A model generated the notes under the pieces. It was not told the origin of the DNA and did not search any database. It was given only the letters and a program-made list of their open reading frames with translations. The translations under genes were made by a program, and so were the position numbers. A stretch of 60,020 bases of DNA, filler included, from Sluysia triapertura (Eukaryota): NCBI GenBank assembly GCA_046118255.1. It is 4 parts of 4 records of this genome, joined end to end, with 100 filler letters (N's around TTAATTAATTAA, not from the genome) between each part and the next. Parts side by side here need not be neighbours in the genome. Positions count along the whole stretch, not along the records: positions 33,419 to 47,375 come from JBJNIA010012979.1; positions 47,476 to 60,020 come from JBJNIA010099880.1; 2 more parts are not named here. One strand, given 5' to 3'. Numbering within the stretch: position 1 is the stretch's first letter; each line of letters begins with the position of its first letter. This document shows positions 38,435 to 50,600 of this stretch, piece by piece.

Positions 38435-39204
38435 TGTGAGCTCAAGGTCATAATAATTTGACTATATAAGTTTTCACAATTTTCACAACTTCACAAAAAT
38501 TTTTTTACAAGTCTAATAAGCTCTAAAGTATTTTTTATAAATTCCACAGTTACTTGTCGCAGACAATTATCACTCTGATTAATAGCCATCAGTTTTCAAT
38601 ATATGTTTTTGTAATCGTTTAAGGATTACTTGATAAACTACACGTAAATTTTATTTTATACTTATCTCTATCTTTTAAGTCGATAGGTACAAAAAACTAA
38701 TTTATTAATATAACGAGATTAATCCTTATAAAATATAAATTTTTATAGTCATTATTATTTTTGCTTAATAACATAATTTTTATTTATTAATAAATTTTCC
38801 TTGAATTATTTTTAATTTTGTTATACTGAATTGTTAAAGGTTTCGTTTAAATAGAAACCTTAATAAAATTCTAATTAAAATTTCATTCATACTATTAAAG
38901 TTTCATACTATAAGAAACCACATAAAATCGAATAATTAGGTTTTATTTATTAAGAACCTTAATAAAATCATTGTCACCTTTAACGATTTATTTAATCAAA
39001 ATATCTTATTAAAAGTTTAAAAGCTAACAGTTGATCTAATTTCTTTCGGAAAGGCACTCATATACATTAAAACCTTCACTTAAATTAAACTTAATCTTTC
39101 TAAATCCAACAACTAGCCCTAACAGGTAAGACTACGTACATTGGTGAACTCACATTTACTTACTTTTATTCGTGAGTATTTAGAATAAGCTTTAAAATCT
39201 CACA
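38435..39204 (+). mobile_element. Probable LTR, related to 34800-35920 and 58372-59228
   Basis: TGTGAG...CTCACA termini; shares CTAGCCCTAAC.GGTAAG...TTGGTGAACT with 59148; no TSD seen. Confidence 0.45.
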
Positions 39205-40471
39205 GGTTTATTAAATGTAAAGTGTTGATTTTCTTCTCTGAAATATTGTTATTCAGTGGACCTGAAGTTAATTTTTATATTATGTTGTAGTTTTTCTTTA
39301 ATATGGTATTCATATAAATTGCTTAGGTTTGGGGATGATTTGCAGAGTGAATATAGGATGATTTATAGTGTAACGTTATTGTTAAATGATTTAAAATTTA
39401 AAAAAATTTGTTTAAATGACATTGTGAATTGCTTTTGATTTTGAAGGTTTTAAGATATAGAATGGAAAAGGCTATGAAATGTTTAAGGAATGTATAATTT
39501 AAATTGGATTTTTGTTAATTATTTTATAAGTTACAGGTTTATTATGTGTTGATTTGTAATAAAAGCAGATGTAATAAGTTGGATCTTCACAAGTGTTATT
39601 GATTTCTGCAAGTTATTCTTGTCTAGTATAGATACATAAAGTGATATCGAATCTTTTTTTATATTATTGCTGTTTCTAAATCATATGGTCAAGTCCTTCA
39701 TTGTGTAAGGCTTGGATCACAAGTGAACTCACTGTTTTAAATTTATTCTTTTATTATTGTAGGTTAACATAAATCTAGCTAAACCACATCACTTGCCAAT
39801 ATAATACTTCTAAAAAATAAATAAAAGCAAAGAATATCATTATTATTTTCTACCACTTGCTCACTTGAACAATTATGTTTTAGACAAATATTGCTCACAT
39901 TTTAGGTTTACAGAAAATAATCTTTAAAGTCAACTAAGAATTACTTCATCAATTGTCCCATCTAGAATCTGAGTTTCCCAAAGCATATCAAAATCTAAGT
40001 ACAAAGTTTATTTTAAAATAACTTTAATGATGCTTTAGTATTTCTTCAGAATTATATTTTAATTGTTACTTTGTTTAGATATGTGCTCAATATGAATTTG
40101 ATTTTCTCACTTAGGTTTTTAATCAATTTATTTTCACTTCAATTAATCATTTATTAATCATTTATAGTTGCAGATGGCTTTTCTGTTTTTCCTGTCGATA
40201 ATGTGCACGTTGTGTTTGAATTTTATTAATTTCTAATTAAGATATATTGGATATTCTTTGAGAATCCTTTGTTTTTACTGTACTTTGTTTTTATTCAGTG
40301 TTTTTTGGAAAACTTAAAAATCGAGAAAGTTATAACTAAAGCCAATAAAATGACTTGTATTTTAGATAAATAACAAATATTTGACAAAAAAGCAAAATAA
40401 AATTTATGCTTATAGAAATATAAACAAAAATAAATGTATTATTCATAATAAAATTTCAACATAGTAATTAA

Positions 40472-40550
40472 CACAATCGCTACCAGCGTCGCATATGTGC
40501 GAAGTATCCTTTCATGCTTTTGAGCCCGGCGTCGTAAATGTGTTGCACTA
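40472..40550 (+). mobile_element. Possible piggyBac-type terminal sequence
   Basis: TTAA|CACAATCGCTACCAGCGTCGCATATGTGCGA with an internal subterminal repeat (CCGGCGTCGTAAATGTG); partner end not found. Confidence 0.4.
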
Positions 40551-40779
40551 TTGTTAATAAATAAGACTAATAAATAATATTGTTAATAAATAATGAATAA
40601 TACCAAAAGCACCGAAATAAAATACTGTAATATGTTATTTCTATTCTTAAGCATAAAAATTAAACATAAGATAATTTTATTTTATATCATTTTATGGTAA
40701 TCATACATTTTAATTAGATATTTTATACAGTTTGTCATTAAAGTGTTTCGAGGTGTGAAGCCTTTTCCAAATCTTAAAA

Positions 40780-41030
40780 ACGAAAAGAAAATTGTTCCAG
40801 AAAATTTGTCTATGATCTTACAGTTACAAAAGCTGATGAGATAACAAAGTATTAACCATGACTGATTCTAATAAAATAATTATATCATTAAGAATTGTAA
40901 TGATCCCTACATTAATTTCTGTTACTAATAATTCTGCTGGGTTTCTTTTTAATTTTAACTCTAAAAACTTACCTAACAGCAAAAATAGATTAATATTCAG
41001 AGTCCGTTTAAAGAATACGGCTTACTGTAA
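40780..41030 (+). mobile_element. Possible Penelope-like RT remnant
   Basis: DLTVTKAD-(frameshift)-DNKVLTM resembles the PLE I..ADKG..VV.M motif. Confidence 0.4.
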
Positions 41031-41230
41031 ATACGTACACGTAAATAATGTGAAAATATACCTAAAGAATAACTTCAATGTGCGTTACGAGAAGTTCGTG
41101 AAAAAATACTATTAAATAGATGTATTTATTATGCGTAAGTTGTGAGTTTAACGTATTTGTTTATAAACAAAAATATTGATTTTACAATAGAATTTATACC
41201 AAAAGACAATAATAATATAAAAGAAAATTG

Positions 41231-41275
<45 letters not shown>

Positions 41276-42793
41276 GAATTTATTAATATAACAAGACCTA
41301 GTCCGAAGCCTCGATCTATCTAATCTTATTTTGTAATTGACCTTAAGGGCCAACGAAAAGTTAATGATTTTAGATTTTGGTATTATTTTATAATTGGTCT
41401 TAATGACCAACTGAAAATTCACTAGTTAAGTCGATATTTTAACTCTTGCGAGTCTACAAATTATTTAAAATAAACTTACTACTTAATACAGAAGATAATT
41501 AAAATTTGCGATCTCTCTAAACGAATGCTCGAGATCAAAATGTTCTTACTGCGAATATTTGGATGGATGAAACTACTTGAAACTTGATTTTGTTTGATCA
41601 CTTAATTACTGAATCGCTGAATTCAATATGGTCGCATTATCAAAATGGTCACTATATCAATAAATCACAATGGTCGTCTATTGTTCTTTGGGTATCTTTA
41701 TATAGTCTTATTACTATAAAAAAATCATATTTTTAAATTTGATTCATTAAAACAATTCATTTCTAGAAACTTCTTTATGAATTAATTTTAATATAATTGT
41801 AATTATAATTTTTTAAAGAATAGTAATTTTAATAATTTTTATAGTTTTTATAATATTCATTTTTTATTAATGCACAAAGCATAAATACATAAAATATAAA
41901 ATAAATAATTTTATATAAAAATACCAATTCACAAATAAAAATTCTTATTTACAACCTTTACAGTTCAAACTAATTCATAAATGATCAAAAATTGTTCGAA
42001 TTAAATGAAATAATCTTTTATATATTCGCATAACAGATGGTTACTAAAAATAGTAGTAATATTTTGAATATTCTTTATCATTCCTTCTAGTATTGAACTA
42101 GTGAATAACTACAAAGTCATCGTATTTCGAAATAATCATTTGAATACGAGTGGACTCAACAAAATTTAAATTCAGTTTTACAGAGAATTCATATATTCTC
42201 GAACATTCAACAAATTCTGACTTTTTAAAATAAATCTTACTTAATCCACGAAACACATCACTGTCAATATTCCAATTTTTTCACAATAAAAAATAATAAG
42301 ATAATAAAAAAGATAATAATACACTTTGAAAAATGCTTTCCTTACAAGACATTAAGGTGCTTAAAGTAGCTCTGTAACTTTATATTTTCATTTTTATCAT
42401 TATGGATAACGCTCATTACGTCATTATTAAAAAAACTATAAGGCTTTTTTTCCACAATTTCAGTCAATAATATGTGTATAAAATTAGATTCAACATTTCT
42501 CTTTCAAATTTCCCTCTAATTTTAGTTAGGCTGGATTTTATGCTTAAATCTAGAAATGTGTTTGAATAATGTAATAATTTAATTGTCAAATCACAGAAGC
42601 CATTTATAAAGTTACATGAATATTGACTACAACACTTTAAACTAAAACAAAAGAAGATAATTAACATTTATTGTGACACTTTTTCAGACTTCAGAGATTT
42701 AACAAATTAATGTTTCAGTTCATATCGATTCCACCGATGTATATTCAGTTTTAACACAGATAAATGCAAATCAGCTACTCTTTCTCGATTTAA

Positions 42794-45700
42794 CCAGTTA
42801 ACTGCGGCACTGAGTTTTGAAAGTGTGCATATTTTTGTGTCAAGCACAGAGTCAGTGTCGCTGTTAAAATATTGCTTCAAGAAATAGGTTTATTTTATTA
42901 CTAATATTTATTTACTTATTTAACATAATTAACAAAAACGTAAGAATACATACACACCGAAACTTCGCAAATAGGAACACGAGTAATGTGATTCATTGCT
43001 TGTCTTACGTTTACAACATAATGAACAATGTTGCGTATAGTTGATTCTTTTCGAATTTTCGCGTATATAATCCCAACTAATTGGGTACATCATGTGTACA
43101 TTACCGAATTGTTTGTGTCGATTTTTCTCGTTTTATTGGTTAGAAGCAATAGTGTCCTCAATAAATTCTATCAAAAGTTGATTTTCGATAATGATCCATT
43201 ATTTTTTTTATATAATATAAATGCATTCAAGAAAATGAAGAAATATTTTTATAGTACTTATTGAGTTTTTCTTGCTGAGAAGTACGCTATAATAATACCA
43301 TCGCCGAAATTCATTTCACCCATTTTTTATTGTAATGAATCACTGCTTCTAGTTTTTTTGTTATTTTCCTTTTCTCTAGTTCCATCTGTTGTCATTATGC
43401 GTGGTACTTGCGAGATAAACCTCTCTATCGTTTTTAATTTCATTATCATAATTTTATTTTTAAACCTAACATATTCGTCCTTTCTAATAGACGTTTTTAC
43501 TACATCTGAAAGAATGCCAATCCTACTTTTGCGAATAGTTCCAACCACATCAGTCTTATGTTGGCATAATTTTTTTATCAATGAAATGCTAATATATCAA
43601 TTGTCCAAGTATAGCCTATATCCACGATCTAAAAGGTCGCTTTATAGCTGAAGCACAATACGTGCAGAAATTTGAAATTCTAAATAATGCCGGTCATAAT
43701 ATGTCGGCATAATCCATACGTATCTTGACTCATTCTCGCATAAAAAATATTTTATACTGAACCGACTTCTTTTTGATGGGACATACATTGTTTCTAGGAT
43801 AATCGTCCTTTCTACATTAACAGTGACTCATCTATACAAATATCAAGTTTCTGAAAACATAACATTTGACAATTTACTACAATATTGTCCAAAAACGTTT
43901 TGATTTAGGTCAGCATGGTTCTTAACGTTCTCTCATCGTGAAGTTGGTTATTTTCGAGGTGGAGAAAATTTCACAATACAAATCGGTCGCCTTGAATCAC
44001 TTCAGAACAAAGGCGCAATGTTGCCTTTTTTACTATGCCCTGTAAGATCAGAGCTCAATAAAACATCTAATTTCATTGTTATTTGTCAGACACAATTTCT
44101 TGAACCTTGTGAAATGGCTGGGTTAAATTTGGGCGTTTGAAATATAAAATCGCCTCCTCTTTAAGAATAACATTGTTATGAATAACATTACGAAAATTGG
44201 ACTTAAGTCCCGATCTAACTTTTAAAATTTTAGTATCAAAAATGAAACTAATAAACATGGACTTAAGGTTCCTTTTATTATTCAAGTTTAATAGTTGCCA
44301 AACATTAAAAATCGGCTTAAGACCTTTCACATTATTCAGATCTAAAACAAAAGTAAACATAAAATCCAAGTTGAATATAAAATGAAACTTGATCACACAG
44401 GAATATAGCGAATGTAAAATGCCTATAACACATAAATGTTTAACTTTAAATTCTTGCATACATAAAATTGCAATTCTAATTTCTGAAGTAAGAACTCTAA
44501 AAATTAAAAAAGTATAACCTATAATTTCTAAATGAACCACCATGTTATGTCCTGTTCCACGCTAATGCATCAACGGAAGTTCGCACGCTTTCAGTTAGCG
44601 TAACTTCAAAACATGGTAATAAGGGTGTTGGTTCGAGACTCTTTCGCAACATATTGCTGATCGCTTTTGAATTTTCATAGCTAAAAATTGTTTAATCCTA
44701 TAGCAGATGGGAAGCAAGAGTCGTAGAGGTTAATTTGAATACAACATTTTAAAATGGCGTGTAATAGCATTGATCATTTATTAAGGATTCGTGATGAGTA
44801 TTTAACTGAAGAGTTATTACATTATATAGATCCGATTGTGACATTAAAGCAGTGCCTTCAAAATCTTCTAAATCTACTTTATTGACAAAATTCTATACGG
44901 TTCATCGTCTTGAGATAGTGTCAACATATAATAAATTAACGGTGTAAGTATCATAAAAATTCAAAAACAGTTGACTTGTTTAAAATTTTTTAAAATCACT
45001 AATTTTTATTTTTTATGATCATTATCGGATTTCAAGATTGTATGCATTTTGTTTAATACACAATGATCAAAAGATATACCAAAAAATGACAATTCGATTT
45101 GACAACTAATAACAAAACTTTTCCAACCAACAATAAATGAGATTAATTTGTTAAGATTAATTATGTTTTCTTCAATTATGAAGTTATATCAATTAAACAA
45201 ATAAATATTCATTCAAAAAATTGTGTACATACGAAAAAAATTTATAAAATGCATAAATCGTTTATAAAATATTTTCTTCTCGTATTACATCATTTCAAAA
45301 AGTAGTTAGTTATATAAAAAGAAAAAATGTAATAATAAAACGATGTTAATGCAGATGAGGGAGGCGATATCGGCGAACTAAGCGTAATACTAGTATGATT
45401 AATTGTCATAGTTTATATTTATAATCCTATTTTAGATGTTATCGTATGCAAAATATAGCGAGGTTGTAATGTGTGTGGAATATTTGTAATTGAATTTGTT
45501 GAGAATTTATGAAAAACTGGAACAACATACTTTGAATGCAGATTTATATTCGGGTAACTTTGTAAAAAGTGATTAGCGCATAAATTCGTTAAGGAATATA
45601 CTAATAAGTTCATCATCTAAATATTTTTCAACATAAAACATGTACTTATTTCTGAAACGATTTGCCGTAGATCAGGCTTCGCAGAAAATTGAAACGGTCC

Positions 45701-46100
45701 TCTATGATATTCCATGGTCTTCGATCTTACTTTCGTGGTCCTCAGAGTCATTATATTTAGATATACTGGAATCGCTTAGAATGTCACACTCGATCTTTTC
45801 ATCGGTAACGCATTTTTCTTCGCGTCATCGTGTTTATCGGAATTGATCACTTTGAGGATATTTGTTCTGGACAATTTTATAATATTCACGCACTTGAAGT
45901 TCTTATGATTCACTTGATAAAATATATACTGATATGCACTTCTTGGGTACAAACTGTGCTCACCGGATAAGAATTGGTGACTTAAACAACCGCTGATATA
46001 AACTAATTTTTCAAAATATTCTAAGAATCTTGAAATTTGAAAATGTTTCTTTACAATTTAAATAGTCAGTGGTCACTACTCGTCAAACTCAGTTAACTGA
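42794..46100 (-). mobile_element. Full-span decayed piggyBac transposon with a nested insertion (~44060-45400)
   Basis: TTAA|CCAGTTAACTG...CAGTTAACTGA|TTAA; minus-strand motifs YLDDEL..TNL.A (45600), ICIDESLL..KGRL (43830), YRLYLDN...VVGTIRKSR (43600) and a Cys-rich tail (~42960-43030). Confidence 0.88.
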
Positions 46101-47199
46101 TTAAATCTCTATATCATATTATACAATTATTTGTAAGATAACCAAACTTTACATTCAATTTAAATCTTTAGTTGTTAAATCACTAACAAATTATACAGTC
46201 CATAGCTTACAATAGTAAAGAAAATTATTTATTTACCATTCTGTATAAATCATTATTTTTTTATTAACGTATATTTTTGTAAATTAAAATAAATAATGAA
46301 ACTAATTGTTTATGATTTAATATTTTGCTGATGTATTGAAACTTATAATTTTTTATTTGTCCTAAAATGGTGCTATAATAATATTTTTAATATTTGTAAT
46401 AGTAAAAATTGTAATAATTGATAATAATATTATAATAAAGAAATAAATGTAAACATAATAATACTTGCGATGACTCAGTACATGACGCTTAATTTTGCTT
46501 TTTTATCAGCCTACAATCGCCTTACAACTCAAAATATTTGTTAGATTGTCTTTAAAATATACAAAATTAAAGTTAATTTTCCAACAAAAAATAAATTTTC
46601 GAAAAAAATGATTATGATTCTCATTGGTTGCTAGCTGTTATATAAACCTGAATCACAAAGACAAAGATTATAAACATTTTTCGTGCATGGAATATTACAT
46701 TCTCGGTGAAAACATTATTTTAAATCAAATTACTGAATGCTTATGGCAAATCAATTAAGTAACAAAAGACAATACTTCAAAATTTAGTCGATTTCAGGAT
46801 CCATTTATTCGTTTCATTTAATTCATTAAATTTAGTAAGTTATTTCTGTTAAGGACTGTAAAATACATACAGAAAATTATTTATATTAAACCTATGAATA
46901 TCCTATTTATTGAAGGTTAAAATCATTTTTAAAATATTATAAATTTATAAAAATTAAGGGCCTTTAGAGAAACTAAAGAAAGGTTTAATTTTAAAATTCA
47001 CATTAATATTCGTTTCTTTTTACTGAAAGCCTATTTATGGTTTTATTTTTATGTTTTTGTAATAAATTTTTCAAAAGTTAAGTTCGTTTTTTGATCGGGT
47101 TGTTGTAAACTAATAATAAAATATCGTAAAAAAGAAATTTTAATAAATCTATCATTACATTCAGTTTATTATATTCGTTTATTAATATCCTTCCTTAAT

Positions 47200-47375
47200 A
47201 ACTAAAAATCAAATAAAACTGAATCTCGATATATTTTTATATAACAGTTATAGAAATCAAATCTCTATATGACAAATAAAATTCTATAAATCAATTTGTT
47301 TATATCACAATTATAGTTATATAAATCAAACTCTCTATATATTTAAAACACTTCTTTAAATCAAATTCTTTAATA
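47200..47375. repeat. Degenerate ~69-bp tandem repeat at a contig end
   Basis: agttatagaaatcaaatctctatat at 47246 recurs at 47315. Confidence 0.6.
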
Positions 47376-47475
47376 NNNNNNNNNNNNNNNNNNNNNNNNN
47401 NNNNNNNNNNNNNNNNNNNTTAATTAATTAANNNNNNNNNNNNNNNNNNNNNNNNNNNNNNNNNNNNNNNNNNNN
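47376..47475. other. Artificial contig-joining spacer
   Basis: 44 N + TTAATTAATTAA + 44 N. Confidence 0.97.
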
Positions 47476-47669
47476 ATACTAAATATACCTATTAAATTTG
47501 TCGTTTTTGATATCTAATTTTTATTTAAGTTTGCAGTTCGGTTACTTTTGGGACACTAACTAAAATTTATTTATCTAGTAAGTTGTTATTATTATTATTA
47601 TTGTTATTTAAATAAATATCCTATTGGACCAATTAATATTAACCAATCAAATTTCAATTAGATATTTAC

Positions 47670-50600
47670 TTCAATTTCTGAACTACAATTAATCATTTTG
47701 TAGCCTTCTTTCATTTCCAGAGTTTTTTCTCCTGTATCGTCAGTTGTTACCAAGCAACGTAATTGAATATCTTGAAAATCTGTTTGATTATTGATAACAG
47801 AAGCAATAGGTATGTAAAAGAAGCATCTAGCAACATAGGGGTTCGAATAATGTAATGAATAAAGATGATTGGCGATGTCACTTGGAACAAATCCGGGAGC
47901 GTACATGAGCCAAATTCTGTAATAAAAAGAGAAATAATGTGCTATTTTTGGAGCTAAAAATAGTTTTGATCATGACAACCAATCAAATAATTGCTAATAA
48001 AATGAGTTTTTCAATATACACAACGAAAATATAACCTGGCCGATATTTTCGAATGGTGTATCAGTATACCGTCACTAATAGTGAACTGGGTACTGTCAGT
48101 AACGTCTTCCCACACCGTCTCCTGCTCAGAGATGCTGTACAATAATCGAATATGATTCAAATTATCATTAATATCCCCATTTGTATTGCTGTCACCAGGC
48201 AACTCAGGTATCGGTATATGGATGGTGATTATTTCCCGAAATTTTCTTCTTTTGGGCTCGACTGTTACAATTGGTGAATAAGCAATATTACTACAATCTT
48301 TTGATTGTTCCACAACGTGTGGTAATAAGTCTCTATTGACTTGTTGAATCTGAGTGAAGAAATATTATTACTTAAAAATTAGCTATTAACAATTATAAGT
48401 AGATAGTTTATTTTATTTTATAATATACTCACTTCCAAATTAATGTACATTTTTTTAATTAATGCACCGGGCGAAAATTTAACTTTTATTCTCTCATCAC
48501 ACTGATCCTTTATTATACCTCCATCTGGACCAATCAGATTTCGATTTCGTTTAAAAACACTAATCAGTGCAAAATATGCCGGTATGTCATAAGTTGCCAA
48601 TCGAAAAATTCGTTTGTGTTTCAATTCTGATTCAGGTTCTAAAGTATCTGAAATTATTTCATAAATGTTATTATAATAATAAATGTTATTATTTAATAAT
48701 ACTTATTATACTAACCGAAATTTTTCCCGAAATTTTCACGTAAAGCTGTTTCATCCATGCTGAAAGAATGTTCCTTCCAACTTGTGCTGTCATAGTTACA
48801 ACGCATGACAACCAATTCACGTTCTCCATCTCGTAAAGCAGCCACGTATGGTAATTCTATTAGAATAGGTTTTTGAAATCTATTACAACTGGACTGAATT
48901 TGGATCAATCTGAAATCAACCAATAGAAACTATTTACCAATAAGAATGTCAGTGATAATTTTTACATTTAAAATATTGAGTTAATAATTTCTATATTTTA
49001 TTTAAAAGAAGATACTATTTTTATTTAATTATTTGCTACTTACAGTAGTAATCAGGATATTTAATTTAACTTACTTGCATGCAAAACTGCTACAGTCGTT
49101 TAAAATTGGCTGATTCATTTGAGATGAGTTTGGTTTGAGAAATCGAAATATGATTCTGGTAGGAGACAGTGCAGCATCCGGAGGTACGATTATTCGCAAT
49201 TGAGGATATCGTCGGGAACTTAGACATCCACCACGAGCATCAACCAGGAATGATACTAAAAATCTGCATATAAAACAATAAATAGTTTTAAAAATTATTA
49301 TTCGTTAGAGAAAAATTAATCCAACAATCAAATATTAATTTGATATTAAAATTTTAGTTTTAATAATTTATAAAAAGTATTATTTAATAAAAATATTCTA
49401 CTTGATATAATAAGTAGTTGATTTGTTTAAATATTATATTGAAATCAATTCGTGCTAATATCAACTAGGAATGATACTAAAATTATAGCAATAAATAATT
49501 GACTATTTCTATGTTTTTTAAAAACATCGATTAATCAAAATATTAACATTAGTCGCAATGGAGCGCCAATTGTACCACTTTTTAAATTAACACTTAACAC
49601 CCATTGTTTAGTTACGTAAAACATATTAATAATTTTAAACAAAAATTTAAATACAAAGTATTAATTCTTTGTCAACGGATTCTCGGGTTTCAATGTACAT
49701 TTAAAAAAAATAAAAACCACATACTCATCTGTGGGAAGCATAACAATTATTTCGTGCAATTGATGAAGTTAGTAGAAATGAAAATCCAAACCGAAATGTT
49801 AAATTAAACGAATAATAATAAAAATAAAAATAATCATAAAAATTAATCAACTTAACCTTTGATAATTAAGTACACGAATTTTTTGTATAATCGGACTTAC
49901 TCAAAATTCTATTTATAGTAATAATAATATTGATAATAATAATAATAAATCAGTGATAAAATTTAATAAAACAAAAATATTAATTCTAACAAAATTAAAT
50001 AAATTTATAAAGTATTATTTAATAAAAATATGCTACTTGATATAGTAAGTAATTGATATGTTTAAATATTACACTGAAATTAATTCGTGCAAATGATCAT
50101 CGTGCCTACTACTAAATAAGCATTATTATTATAATACCCGGTGGAAGCGGGTGCCATTGGAACAGCCATCCAGATAATTGACCGATCGTGTTGTTTGGTC
50201 AAAGTCCCTTCTACATCGAATCCATCCATGTACGTCATTGTAGACGATAAAGTATTAAACATGCTCGATGATTGGGAATTTTTCTAAAATCGAATAAAAG
50301 TTTTATTTCACTGTTTAATTTCAACCAACCTGTAATGAATCTGTTGCCGGACTTTGTTTGTATCGATTTAGTGATTCGGAAATCTTTAAGCTCCAATCGT
50401 TTAGCTGTCGAATTGAATCGTGACCAGAACTCGAATAATCCAAGAATCGAAGAATTGTTCGCTGAATTTCACATTTGTCATTATTAACATCGCCAACGCC
50501 ATAAAATTCAATTTCGATTGCTGCTTCTTTGAGCAATTTGTCCAATTCTTCGTCGACACTTGGATCTTCACGTTGCATAGCAACAAGCGGTTGTTGGGAC

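Noticed and set aside
49075-49263. Apparent frameshift in the ZU5 exon
   Set aside because: Re-reading shows a continuous frame ([27 protein letters not shown]).
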